This document shows positions 33,523-51,345 of a stretch of DNA of 64,000 nt, piece by piece. The stretch lies in assembly GCF_009914755.1 (NCBI RefSeq), contig NC_060933.1. One strand, written 5' to 3'. Position numbers and translations under genes: made by a program. The stretch's first letter is position 1; every line of letters begins with the position of its first letter. Below the pieces are notes generated by a model that had not been told where the DNA came from, made no database searches, and saw only the letters and a program-made list of their open reading frames with translations. Source of the stretch: the human T2T-CHM13v2.0 reference genome, Homo sapiens.

Positions 33523-35224
33523 GTCCCCAATAAGATTCAACCCCTAGAAACCCTTTCAAGGTACATTATATCAAACTGTCAAAAGGCAAAGGCAAAGTAA
33601 GGATTCTAAAAGCTGTAAGAGAAAACATCAAGTCATATATAAGGGAATCTCCATTAGACTATCAGCAGATTTATCAGCAGAAACTTTACAGGTCAGGAGA
33701 CAATGGGATTATAAACTTCAAAGTGTTGAAAGAAAAAAAAAAACTTTCCACCAAGAATAAACTATTTGGCAAAGCTATCCTTCAGAAATGAAGGCACAAT
33801 GAAGACCTTCCCAGACAAGCAAAAGCTAACAAATCTCAGTAGGCCACAAAACAAGTTTTAACAAACTGAAATAGTAAGTATCTTTTTGGAATGCAATGGT
33901 ATAAAACTAGAAATCAATAGGAAAAACTTTAGAAACTCTATAAATAAATGGAGAATGCTTCTAAATAACCAGTGGGTCAATGAAGACAATAAGGGGGCGA
34001 GGGGGAATTTAAAAATTCCTTAAGACAAATGAGACTGGAAGCACACTCCAAAACCTATGGGTCACAGCAAAACAGTTCTAAGAGGGAGAAGTTCATAGCA
34101 ACAAATGCCTACATCAACAAAGGAGAAAGATTTATAATAAACAAGCTAACCATGCACCTCAAGGAACTACAAGAACAAACTAAGCCCAACACTGGTAGAA
34201 GGGAGAAAAGAATAAAGCTCAGAGCAGAAATAAAACACAGACTAAACATTTCAGAAGATCAACAAAATGAAGAGTTGGTTTTTTGAAAAGATAAGCAAAA
34301 ATCAATAAACCTTTAGCTAGACTAAGAAAAAAAGACCCGAATAAATGAAATCAGAGATGAAAAAGTAGACATTACAACTTATATCGTAGAAATATGAAGG
34401 ATCATAAGACACCATTATGAGTAACTATAAGCCAACAAATGTGAGAACACTCAAGAAAGGGATAAATTCCTAGACACATACAACCTACCAAAATTGAATT
34501 ATGAATAAATAGAAAATCTGAAGACTAGTAGTAACTCAGAAAAGTTGAAGTCTTCCAAAAAAAAAAAAAAAAAAAAAAAAAAAGCCCAGAACCTGATGAC
34601 TTCACTGCTGAATTCTACTACACATTTACAGAAGAACTAACACCATTCTCCTCAAACTATTTCAGAAACTTGAGAGGATGGAATACTTTCAAATTCATTT
34701 TATGAGGCCAATATTACCCTGATTCCAAAACCAGACAAGGACACAACAAAAAAGAAAACTACAGGCCAGTATCTTTGATAAACATAGATGCAAAAATTCT
34801 CAACAAGATACCAGTAAAGGAAATTCAATAGCACACTAAAAAGATAATTCATTATGATCAAATAGGATTCATCCAAGAGATACAAGGATGGTTCAATATA
34901 CTCAAATCAATAAATGTGATATATCACATTAACAAAAAGAAACAAAAATAATCATTATCATTTCAATCGATACAGAAAAAGTACTTGACAAAATTCATCG
35001 CTTCATGAAAAAACTCTCAACAAATTACGTAGAGAAAGAATGTACCTCAACACAATAAAGGCCATATATGACAAACCCATAGCTAACATACTGAATGGGG
35101 TATGATCAGGAACAAGATAAGGATGCCCACTTTTACCAATCCTATTCAACCTAGTACTGGAAGTCCTAGTCACAGCAATTAGACAATAAAAAAAGGTATC
35201 CAAATTGCAAAGAGGGGAGTCGAA

Positions 35225-36288
35225 TGTTGCGGGAAGTCAGGGACCCCAAACGGAGGGACTGGCTGAAGCCATGACAGAAGAACATGGATTGTGAAGATTT
35301 TATGGACATTTATTAGTTCCCCAAATTAACACTTTTGTAATTTCTTATGCCTATCTTTACTGTAATCTTTAAACATAAATTGTAAAGATTTCATGGACAC
35401 TTAACCACTTCCCCAATCAATACCCTTGTGATTTCCTATGCCTGTCTTTACTTTAATCTCTTAATCCTGTCAGCCGAGAAGGATGTATATCGTTCCAGGA
35501 CCCTGTAATAATTGCGTTAACTACAAAAATTGTACAGCATGTGTGTTTGAGCAATATGAAATGTGGGCACCCTGAAAAAAGAACAGGATAACAGCAATTG
35601 TTCAGGGAATAAGAGAGATAAGCTTAAACTCTGACCGCCGGTGAGCCGGGCAGAACAGAGCCATATTTCTCTTCTTTCAAAAGCAAATGGGAGAAATATT
35701 GCTGAATTCTTTTTCTCAGCATGGGATATCCCTGAGAAAGAGAATGCACACCTAGGGGTAGGTCTCTGAACTGGCCCCACTGGGGCGTACCTGTGGTTGA
35801 GACTGCAGGAGTGAAATAAACTCCAGTCTCCCATAGCACTTCCAGGCTAATTAGGAAAAGGAAATTCCCACCTAATAAATTTTGGTCAGAGCAGTTGATC
35901 TCAAAACCCTGTCTCCTGATAAGATGTTATCAATGACAATGGTGCCCAAAACTTCATTAGCAATTTTAATTTCGCTTCCGTCCTGTGGTCCTGTGATCTC
36001 GCCCTGCCTCCACTTGCCTTGTGATATTCTATTACCCTGTTAAGTACTTGATGTCTGTCACCCACACCTATTTGTATACTCCCTCCCCTTTTGAAACTCC
36101 CTAATAAAAACTTGCTGGTTTTTGTGGCTTGTGGGGCATCACGGATCCTACCTATGTGTGATGTCTCCCCCGGACGCCTAGCTTTAAAATTTCTCTCTTT
36201 TGTACTCTGTCCTTTCATTTCTCAAGCCAGCCGACGCTTAGGAAAATAGAAAAGAACCTACGTGATTATCGGGGCCGGTCCCCCGATG
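35225..36288 (+). mobile_element. MER11 (C-like) solo LTR, HERV-K(HML-8)
   Basis: TGTTGCGGGAAGTCAGGGACCCC start and ...CCCCCGAT end; 1064 bp; 6-bp TSD GTCGAA (35219-35224 and 36289-36294) inside L1 ORF2. Confidence 0.93.
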
Positions 36289-36857
36289 GTCGAATTGTCC
36301 CTGTTTTCAGGCTACATGATCTTACATATAGAAAACCCTAAAGGCTCCACCAAAATGCTGTTAGAACTAAAAAATGAATTTAAAGTCACAGGAAACAAAA
36401 TCAACATACAAAAATCAAGTGTTTCTATTTGTTAATAGTTAACTATCTGAAAAAGAAATTAACAAAACAATTCTATTTACAATAGCTACAAAACCAATAA
36501 GATACCTAGGGATAAACTTTACCAAGACAGTGAAAGATCTCTACAATTAAAACTATAAAACACTGATGAAAGATGACACAAATAAATGGAAAGCTATCCT
36601 ATATTAATGGATTAGAATAATTTTGTTAAGATGGCCATACTATCCAAAGTGATCTACAGATTCAATGCAATCCCTATCAAAATGCCAATGACATTCTTCA
36701 CAGAAACAGAAAAAATACTAAAACTCATATGGAACCACAAAAGACTTCACAATAGCCAAAACAATCCTGAGCAAAAAGAACAAATCTAGAGGTATCATAC
36801 TACTTTATTTCAAATTATACTGTAATAAACAAAACAACATGATTAAAGTTGGCATAA

Positions 36858-37234
<377 letters not shown>

Positions 37235-37625
37235 TAAACGTATCAAGAACATACATTAGGGAAAAGGTAGTCTCTTCAATAAATGGTGTTGGGAAAATTG
37301 GATATCCACATACAGAAAAATGAAACTAGACCCCTACCTCTCACCTTATACAAAAATCAATTCAAAATGGATTAAGGACTTAAACGTAAAACCCAACACT
37401 ATAAAACTACTAGAAGAAAACATAGGGGAAATGCTTTACAACACTGGGCTCCACAAGGGTTTTTTAAAGAAGACCTCAAAAGCACAGGTAACAAAAGCAA
37501 AACTAGACAAATTGGATTACATCAAACTGAAAAGCTCTTGCCTAGCAAAGGAAACAACAGAGTGAAGAGAAAATCTACAGAATGGGAGAAAATATTTACA
37601 AACTCTACATCTGACAAGGGATTAA

Positions 37626-37955
<330 letters not shown>

Positions 37956-38519
37956 TAAGAAACTTAACAGCAAATAATAATAACCTGATTTTAAAATGGG
38001 CAAAATGCCTTAATAGACATTTCTTAAAAGAAGACATATAAATGGCTAGAGGGTACAGGAAAAAATTTTCAACATCACTAATTGTCAGGGAAATGCAAAT
38101 CAAAGCCACAATGAGATACCACCTCACTCCAATTACAAGGACTATAATAAAAAACAAAGAAAACAAGATTTGTCAAGGATGTGGAGAAAAGGGAACATAC
38201 AGTGTTGATGGGACTGTATTTTAGTAGAGTGGAAAATAGTACAGAGGTTCCACAAAAATTAAAAATAGAACTACCACATAATCTAGCAGTCTCGCTACCA
38301 GATAGCTAAAGGAAATCCAGTATGTTGGAGAGATAGCTGTACATCCGTGTTTATTGCAGGACTAGTCACAATAGCCAAACTATGGAATCAACCTAAGGGA
38401 GCAGCAAGTGACAAATGGATAAAGAAAATGTAGTTATCATACACAATACTATTCCACCATAAAAAAGAATGAAGTCCTGTCATTTGTGACAATATCCATG
38501 AACCTGTAGGACATTATGT

Positions 38520-38825
38520 TAAGTGAAAATAAGGACTGGGGAGGGGAGAAGGAAAGGGGAAAATGGGGAGAAGCTGGCCAACAGGTACCAGGTTTCAATT
38601 AGATAGAAGTAAGTTCTGGTGTTGTGCTACAGTCAGGTGACGACGATTAACGGTAAGGTACTGTATATTATAAAACAGCTAAAATAGAGGCTTTTGCCAT
38701 GTTCTCACCACAAAGAAATAAGTGCATGAGGTGACACATTAAATACCCTGGTTTGATCATTATACAATATATAATATCAAAACGTCAAACTGTATTTCAT
38801 AAATATCTATAATTACAAGATATCA
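38520..38825 (+). repeat. Inverted repeat, left arm (L1 3' UTR)
   Basis: Reverse complement of 39366-39667; 83 bp perfectly identical at 38530-38612. Confidence 0.95.
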
Positions 38826-38849
38826 ATTTAAAAAAAAAGCACCTGAAAA

Positions 38850-39260
38850 TGTTCTGTGCTAAGCAGGTCTATGTAAACCTACCCTCAAAGTCTGAGGAAG
38901 CTGAGGGGCCAGAGGAGGAGGCAACAAATCCAGTTTCTCAGCGGGGAAGAAAACAAAAAACAAAACAAAAATGTAATAGGCCCTTAAAAACACAAGCCAT
39001 GCCTCAGGCTGCAGGCGAAGAGATGGTGTATCCCCTCTCTGTTACCCCCATCCCAGGCCCAGGGCTTATATATTAGAGGGAATTTGCCTCACGGCAGTAT
39101 TTATGGTAAGTATGTGTTTACATTAACATCAAGGTAAACAATCTAATGGCAGGATTTGTGGTACATGAAAGTAGAAATCTTACAGGCATTCCCGGGACTA
39201 GCGTTGAAGAAGTCAACGTGGCAGATTAGCATCAAAGATGGAGCTGCTTTAGCCTCAGCA
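38850..39260 (-). mobile_element. LTR47-like solo LTR
   Basis: The - strand begins TGCTGAGGCTAAAGCAGCTCCATCTTTGATGCTAATC; TG...CA termini. Confidence 0.7.
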
Positions 39261-39365
39261 CCGACTAGACTAAAATAGTCAAGAAGTTAACCGTGTTTTT
39301 AAAGGAAGCACTAGCCTAGCCTAAAAATGTTTGTGACTGCTGGAGATTTTAAATGATCCTTGTAA

Positions 39366-39667
39366 TGACATCTTGTAATTATAGATATTTATGCGATACA
39401 ATTTGATGTTTTGATATTGTATACTGTATAACGATCCAATCAGGGTTTTTAATGTGTCACCTCAGGCACTTATTTCTTTGCAGCGAGAACATCCAAAAGC
39501 CTCTATTTTAGCTGTTTTATAATATTCAGTACCTTACCATTAATCACCGTCACCTGACTAAAAGAACACCAGAATTTACTTCTATCTAATTGAAACCTGG
39601 TACCTGTTGGCCAGCTTCTCCCCATTTTCCCCTTTCCTTCTCCCCTCCCCAGTCCTTAGTTCACTTA
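39366..39667 (-). repeat. Inverted repeat, right arm (inverted copy of the adjacent L1 3' UTR)
   Basis: Shares private mutations and the deletion junction with 38520-38825. Confidence 0.95.
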
Positions 39668-39744
39668 TTCCTCCCCTCCCCGCCGCCCACCATCACTGTG
39701 GAGCAGCAACCAGTCAGAGAATGCTGTTCATCCCCCAAGGAGGT

Positions 39745-41076
<1,332 letters not shown>

Positions 41077-41239
41077 GATCATCTCATTTATGCCCTCTTC
41101 AGATGATACCCAAGAAAGTAAAGAAAAAACAAAGCAGAACCAAAGGCCATGGAGAACACAGACAGGGAACAACTCGTGGGAGCTGACCCAGGGCTGCCGA
41201 TTCAAGAAACATACCGTCTCTGCAAGAGTGGAGGTCTCG

Positions 41240-42320
41240 GAACATCCGCCCACCTTTAGTCTACTTCAGGATTGCTATGGACCAGCAAATGCTGTATATC
41301 TCCCACTTCTCCCATTTCCACTGGGAGCATTTAATGCTGTTATCCCAGCCTTATTCAACGATTGCATTTTTAGAGAGAGAACACGAATAGCTCATTTTCC
41401 TAGTTCGCTGGTTTCAAAATCAAGAGGAGCCGTACTCCACATCAGTGAGACTGTGCCTCATTCACTAAAGTAGACACCATCATGACATCCTAAACTTTGA
41501 GCTGAATACTGAAACTGGATGGGACGCTGGGGCTCCCTAGGAAATGGGAGGGGGATGGGTATATTGCATGGGAAGGAGGGCTGAATTGAATATTTGGTTA
41601 CCAGATGGGTCGACTGTTAGACTTATCAGTGATGTTCACTAAGTATTCTAGTTCTCTCTCATTCTGGGGACAGGGTAGGGCTGCACTTCCTGTTCCCCTT
41701 GTAGTTGGTAGAGACTGAATGACTAGTTCTGACCAATGAATCATGAGCAGAAGTGACATATGTCACTTCTGAGCCTGAGTACGTAATTGTCAGTGTGAGA
41801 CCCTCGAGAGCTCCCTTTCCCTTTACAATGACTGGGAATGTTCTAGAGAGTGGCTGCTCCTTTAGCCTGGGGCCTGCAGGAAGGATGCAAAGCAGAGCCT
41901 CCAGCCAACAGTGCACTGATGGACAAGTTGGATGAGCAAAAACCCCACAGGCCAGGCTCAGTGGCTCACCCTACAATCCCGGCACTGCGGGAGGCTGAGG
42001 GGGTTGGATTGTTTGAGTTCAGAAGTTCAAGACTAGCTTGAGCAACAAAGTAAAACCTGTCTCTACGAAAACAAAACAAAACAAACATTAACCGGGTATG
42101 CACCTAGAGTCCCAGCTATTTGGGAGGCTGAGAGGGGAGGATCACTTGAACCTCAGAAGCAGACGTTGCAGTGAGCTGAGATCATGCCACTTCTCTCCAG
42201 CCTGAGCAACAGAGCAAAGCTGTCTCAAAAACAAAAAAGCAAAAATGTCTTTGTCATTTTAAGCCACTGAAATTTTTAGCTTGTAGGTTTCTACAGCATA
42301 ACCTAGCCCATCCTAATACT
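41240..42320 (+). mobile_element. MLT1 internal 3' end plus MLT1 (I/J-like) LTR, interrupted by an AluJ (41950-42240)
   Basis: caggattgctatggaccag (MaLR-int), purine tract, then an LTR with gaccaatgaa...agaagtgacatatgtcacttct. Confidence 0.7.
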
Positions 42321-42623
42321 AGCGCAGAAAGGACTAAAAATCAAGCATCTTCCTAACAGCTACTCCAAAACTCTTTCTACAGTGATTTAATCCATAATAA
42401 GGGAGAGTCTGCTCAGTTTTTAGGGAATTTCAATGAAGTTGATTCCACAATACCCTTTGGGAGCTAAAAGTTTTATAAATCTTAGCATCTTCACTGATTG
42501 TCTCACACTGTAGTTCAGGCCTTTTTGTGTGGATATCCCTAAAGACTGATTAAACCACAAAATCTCCCCACCCCCCCCAACCTTCTGGAGCCTAAAGAGG
42601 TTCCTGTTCATGTGCAAGCCACT

Positions 42624-43325
<702 letters not shown>

Positions 43326-43889
43326 GCCACCCTCCAAAAGGTACTGTTTGGGGTCTTCAAGAGCTTGCGAAGATATCTGTATATAGTCAGTTCGTTTGCA
43401 GGATGCATTTGGTCGAAGAAAGATGAAAAGGATTGAGAAAATCTTAGCTCTCTTCTCATCTATGTGGTCTTATCCTATCACAAGCTTCTGTAGCAGGGGA
43501 GGCCACCCTTTTGAGGCCCCTTTTGCCCAGTATGTAGCAGAGAGCAGGACAGAAAGGGGTGTCATGACCTTGAACCCACAAAACTGAGCTGAACACACCT
43601 GATTCCATGACAATAAATGAATACACATTTGGAATCAATTAATATAAATTGTTGTCACTTCCATTCAACAGACACCTTGGAGCGCTCGGCTTATCACTCT
43701 TAAGCATCACGTTACTTACTCAACAGTTCTAAGAAGCTGAGAGTATTAGAGTTCATATTTTATAGATGAAAAGACGAAAGCTGAGGTCTTCTGGCCAGGA
43801 TCAAAGCTTTTAGGAAAAGGTGCTGGGAAGTTTCCAGAGGGGCTCCTTGGAGGGTGGGATTGTATCTTACTCTAAGAGACACACAGGCC

Positions 43890-44075
43890 TCAGTGGTAAA
43901 GAACGTAGGCCTTGAGCTGGTCTAGCTCTTTGAACAAGTCACCTGCCATCACTGTGCCTGTTTCTTCATCTGTAAAATAGAAAATTTTATATTATTTAGT
44001 GGGGTTGTGAAGATTGGAAGGGATAATATATGCAAATCCTTCAGCACAGTGCCCAACAGAGTGCTAAGTATCTGC
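43890..44075 (+). mobile_element. MIR
   Basis: ctttgaacaagtcac...tgtgcctgtttcttcatctgtaaaat core. Confidence 0.7.
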
Positions 44076-44527
44076 TGTTATTCCCAGCTTGTCCAGCGCC
44101 CAGCACATAAATGAGCTCCATCTATCTATGCTGAATAAGGAAATGGACACTTGAATGGGGAAAGGTGGTTGGCTAAATGGCAGTAACTAGGGCTGCAAGA
44201 TGGAGGAAAAGATTTTTGTTGTCGCTTCAATTGATTTTGCTTAGTTTAGCAGAGATATAGATGTGTAGTAAGCAAATAAATGAACAAGATGCTGCGCGGG
44301 GCTGGAGTCCAGCTAGGATGCTATGGTAGGGTGCGGCTGCTTCTTGGGCCACTGCACATACCCTGCAGGCCAGGGCACAGGGTCTAATGAGGGAAGGCTG
44401 GTGTGGGTGGCACCTCTGCACCACACTGAGTGGTGCTGGTTTCTCACTTGTTTTCTGTTGATGAGCACTTTGCACTGTAAAATACCCTAACTGCACAGTG
44501 CTACACGGACTCTTAAAAGTCACAGGG

Positions 44528-45124
<597 letters not shown>

Positions 45125-45383
45125 TCACAGGGAAAGCCTGTCAGTGCTGCTGCTGCTGCAGCAACATTTCTGAGTTCAGTAATTAATGCATGTTAAGATC
45201 CTCCTCAATCTGTTCACATGCCTGACAATCTAATGAAGTATCAGCTATAGCCCATTTGTCAAAACCCTAAAGTCTTGTTCTCTTAATCTCCTTCATGCTA
45301 AAATTTCCCACTAAAAAAAGCAAGAGGCTTTAGCTGAAAGCAGGGCATAAGGCCCACTCAATGCAGTGTGGTCTCTGCTAAAT

Positions 45384-46170
45384 GACTATTGGTTTGCGAG
45401 GACTACTGTAACAAAATTACTACAAACTGGGTGACTTAAAACAATATAAATTGTCTCACAGTTCTGGAGGCTGGAAGTCCAAAATCAAGGTGCTGGCAGC
45501 ACTAAGCTCTCTTTGAAGAATATAAGAGAGCCCTTGTCTCCACTCACTTCCAGTGGTGGCTAGCAACCCTGGCATTCCTTGGTGTGTAGATACATCACTG
45601 CAAACTATACCTGTCTTCATCCGGTCCTCTTCCCTCTGTGTCTGGGTCTTCACATGGTGTTGTCCCCTGTGTGTCTGTGTCCACATTCTCCCTCTTCATG
45701 TAAGGATACCAGGAATTGAATCAGCCCCCTCTAATCCAGTATGACATCAATTTGTTTTTTTTGGCTTTTTTGGACAGGATCTCTGTCACCCAGGCTAGAG
45801 TGCAGTGGGTCATGGCTCACTGCAGCCTTGACCTCCAGGGCTCAAGCAATCCTCCCACCTCAGCCCCTTGAATAGCTGAGTCTACAGGGGCACGCCACCA
45901 CATCAGGATAATTTTTGTATTTTTGGTAGGGAGGAGTTTTGCCATGTTGCCCAGGCTGGTCTCCAACTCCTAGGCTCAAGCAATCTGCCCGCCTCAGCCT
46001 CCCAAAGTGCTGGGATTATAGGCATGAGCCACTGTGCCCAGCCTGACCTCACTTTAAATTGACTAATTACATCTACAAAGATCCTATTTCCAAATGAGAT
46101 CACATTCTGAGGTTGCAGGTGAACATGAATTTGGGGGTGGGGGGTGATATGACAATTGTCAACCCAGGAC
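45384..46170 (-). mobile_element. MLT1B/C LTR interrupted by an AluJ (45751-46043, - strand)
   Basis: ctcacagttctggaggctggaagtccaaaatcaaggtg; gatcctatttccaaatgagatcacattctgagg. Confidence 0.8.
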
Positions 46171-46439
46171 AGTGACTAAATCTTCCTGTGTGAGAGCTGG
46201 GGGCATGCTCCAAAGTGGCTGATTAGCTTACTCTCCTGAGGATACACTTACCTTAGCCCCTGGTCTGCTCCCAGCTAATGATAGTTGAGCACTTACTCTG
46301 GGCCAGGCCGTACCTAATTTTACACGCAGTAGCTCATTATATTACCACAAAAATCTTAAGAGGCTCTCACCATCCTCATTTTAAAAAAGAGGACACTAAA
46401 GGCTCTGAGATGTTAAATGAACTACAGAGGCCCCCATAG

Positions 46440-46949
<510 letters not shown>

Positions 46950-47359
46950 TAAAACAAAAATATCTGAAAGGAAATTACCCAGGATAATTACAACTGTGTA
47001 GCAATGAGAAAGGAAAAGGCTACCTATGAGAAACAGTACAAATCTCTTTAAATTAGTCACACACAGCAAATTTAAACCAAAGACCCCAGGTAAGATACCT
47101 TCATGTCATGATTTGGGTTTCTTCCCTGAATCCATGAGCACCACGTAAGGAAGGTGCGGCCTCTACTTTCTTTCTCCTTGATTGAGAGAGCAGCTGCTGG
47201 TTTCCAGGTTCAGGAGTAGGCTGGAGGAAACAATCCTTCTGGCACAACCACGATCCTTCCCGAGACCGTGCCTGAGATGCCTCTTCCACGGGGTGCCTCC
47301 CTCCTGGCCGTACCCTGTGAGGCCGCTCTACCCGTCTCCAGAGGAAAGAACAGGCACAA

Positions 47360-47646
47360 TTTTTTTGAGATTGAGTCTCGCTCTGTCGCCCAGCCTGGAA
47401 TGCAGTGGCGCAATCTCGGCTCACAGCAACCTCCGCCTCCCAGGTTCAAGTGATTCTCCTGCTTCAGCCTCCTGAGTAGCTGGGATTACAGGTGTGCGCC
47501 ACCACGCCCGGCTAATTTTTGTATTTTTAGTAGAGACGGGGTTTCACCACGTTGGCCAGGATGGTCTCGATCTTCTGACCTCATGATCCACCCACCTCGG
47601 CTTCCCAAAGTGCTGGGATCACAGGTGTGAGCCACCGCACCGGCCG
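47360..47646 (-). mobile_element. AluS
   Basis: Reverse Alu. Confidence 0.95.
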
Positions 47647-48774
47647 AATAGAACAGGTGGATATTTCAAAGGAGCCACATCCCCCAACATCACCTCTCCC
47701 ACCTGCGAGGTGAGTGATAGCTTCCCACCACACTCTAGTGACATCAGCACCGCAGCCCTGGGGCCACCCAAACTCACTTGTTCATTCCACAATAGTCACT
47801 GCATTGTGAGCCTGTTAGACACTGGAGAAGGAAGGCATGGAGCCGCCAGGGTGAACAAGATGGACCAGTCCCTCCCCCATGGAGCTTCTGTTCCGCCAGG
47901 GAAATAAACATAAACACGAGCTCATTTCAGAGTGCTAAGTACTGAGAAGCTGCCGATGCAGGGCACTGTGACCCACGGCGACCTCTGGGTGCACAACGTG
48001 AGCTGTGTGCTCAAAGCAGACCCTCTTTAACGAGATGATGTTTGAGCAGAATTATTGAAGCGGGGCCTCAAGAGCCACAGTGCTGGATTTATTCAGTCTT
48101 CCTGGCCTGCCTCCACCTGGGGCAGGCAGCGCCTACCAAGTAAATGAACTTCTGCTGTTGGTAATGAGCTTTGATATACCTTCCAGTCAGTACTGTTAAA
48201 GCAATACTGCTTAAGAGGGCAAACGTAAATACAAAAAACGTATTGACAAAGATTTTGCTCTGATTGTGAAATAAATGTGTGCACACAGTTGGATGTAAGC
48301 TTGTTAACTGTTCAGTATTGGGAAACAGTCCACTTCATCAAGGCAGGGAAGGGATGTTCCCTTGGGAACAACTTCTACCTCAATTTACTATTTTAAAAGG
48401 GAGCTAGGAAGGACGTTATTTTCTTTAAACCACAGGCCACTTCTGCCATTCTTCTGTCACGGTTACGGTAACTCATACACAGTCTGAGTTAAGGCTCCCT
48501 GAAATCTGGGAGAAGTCTTTGGATTCCACGCAGTGGCTGGGGTTCCTATGGGGTGTTGTCTGTCCTGTGTGTGGAGCCAGGACTGGGTGGCCAGTCTCAA
48601 TAGCTTTCATTTTCTGTGCCCACCCTGCTGTAAAAGGCTGCCTTACATGTAGTCATGGACATCCACAAGAGGAAGGGGATATGGAGTCAATTGCTTGATG
48701 TTAGCTCTCTCAATGTCCATTCCGGTTGCTTTCTAGCTAAATTCTGAGCTGAAGATTATGGAAAGCTAAATTCC

Positions 48775-49228
<454 letters not shown>

Positions 49229-49512
49229 TACAGGTGATTTCTTGTGTCCTCTCCAACTAGGGTGCACATAAGTAACATGGTTCTGGTTCTCCCCAGAGGA
49301 TGACTTCCAGGAGTCTCAGAGCTAGAAGTAACCAGTGTGATACAGCAGCCATATATAGGCAGGGGGGAATGAGTTCTTTTGGCAAACACACGGGCAGACA
49401 CAGCTGATTCTTCTGCGTTAACTCTGGCAGAATCTCCAGCATCCAGTCCCTAATTTCGCAGGTGCCAAAGAGTGGGAAGCAGCAGCATTAGTGCTTGCAC
49501 TAGAATCATCAG

Positions 49513-49700
49513 GCAGTGGTTTGCAAACTTCACTGTACATCAGAATCACCTGGAAAGCTTATTAAAACACAGATTGCTGGGCCTCAACTCCATAGTTTCT
49601 CCTTCAGTAGGTCTGAGGAGTGGCCTGAGAATTCCCACTTCTATGAAGTTCGCAGGTGATGCTGATGCTACTGGTTGGGGGACACACTTTGAAAACCACT
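49513..49700. mobile_element. MER5A
   Basis: cagtggtttgcaaactt...cacactttgaaaaccact. Confidence 0.85.
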
Positions 49701-49825
49701 CTTTAAAAGTGTGGTTCATTTCTTGTGGCTGCTCTATCTGTGGCTGCATTGTTCCTATGTATAACTTCCAAGGTTGTGTGGCTTTCCTGGGGATTCTGTG
49801 AATGCAGTAATACCCATTGGTAAAC

Positions 49826-49998
49826 CCCTTTCTGCTTAAACTAGCTTGAGTGAATTCTGTTGTCTGCAACTAAGAACACTGATCCACATAAGATCCTTGG
49901 TTTTATTTACTGATGCTCTAGTCACTTGCCATTTTCTACTGAATTCTCCTTTTCTCCTCATTAGGATCCCTATGTCAATGCTCTGTCCCTGCCTCTAG
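49826..49998 (+). repeat. Donor copy of the 173-bp direct duplication (includes an MLT1-type LTR 3' end)
   Basis: 169/173 identical to 48993-49165. Confidence 0.95.
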
Positions 49999-50312
49999 TT
50001 CTTAGACGAGTCATATGACTCATGCTGACACAAACCCTGTCCTACCAGAAGTTGTTCTACTTCCCAATCATATCTAAGTAACTCCCTCTCATTCTGCAAC
50101 ATTTCCAATCTCCCCACCTTCTTCAAAAATAATCCATGAATCCTCACTGAACAACAGGTCTGGGGTCTATTGCCGTAAAGGCAAAAATATTCTGATTTTA
50201 GCACTGAAGTAGCACCACAGAAGAATAAGTGAAAAAAGTATTTTTATCTACTAAAAGTAAAAAAAAAGTCAGGTGCCAGATGCTTGCTTCAAAGCCATTT
50301 TTAAAGATTTGA

Positions 50313-50678
<366 letters not shown>

Positions 50679-51078
50679 TAATGTGAAATTTAAAACTAAA
50701 ATGACCTAAAGGAGCCCTCTCTGAAGGGTATGAGAGATTGTAAGGGTATGTAAGATTGATAAAATGGCATCTTGCTAGACACGTCTATTTAAAAATTGGT
50801 TAAAAGATATTATTTACCCAATGAACCATGAGAGCTCAAAAAAAAAAAAAAAAAAAAAAAACCAAACACAATAACAGTCCCTCAGGTAAATGCTCCTTCA
50901 GACAGTTTTTTAAATGTGTATCATTTACTTGATAAAGCATAGCAGCCTATCAAGAGAGGAGTTATGGTCTGCTGCATAAATAGGCATTTGGACAGCTTTA
51001 AAAATGCATACTCTTTACATCCAAATGCCGAGTGAAAACCCCAATGGAAAGTGGTTGTTATAGGCAAAGAGCAACCAC

Positions 51079-51345
51079 TTTTTTTTTTTTTTTGAGACAG
51101 AGTCTGACTCTGTCACCCAGGCTGGAGTGCAGTGGCACAATCTCGGCTCACTGCAACCTCCACCTCCTGGGTCAAGCAATTCTCCTGCCTCAATCTCCCG
51201 AGTAGCTGGGATTGCAGGTGTGTGCCACCATGCCTGGCTAATTTTTGTATTTTTACTAGAGATGGGGTTTCACCATGTTGGCCAGACCGCCCACCTTGGC
51301 CTCCCAGAGTGTTGGGATTGCAGGCGTGAGCCGCCGCGCACAGTC
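51079..51345 (-). mobile_element. AluS with an internal deletion
   Basis: TSD GCAACCACTTTT. Confidence 0.93.

Noticed and set aside
41748-41771. Perfect 24-bp palindrome CAGAAGTGACATATGTCACTTCTG
   Set aside because: A near-palindrome is intrinsic to MLT1 LTRs at this position.
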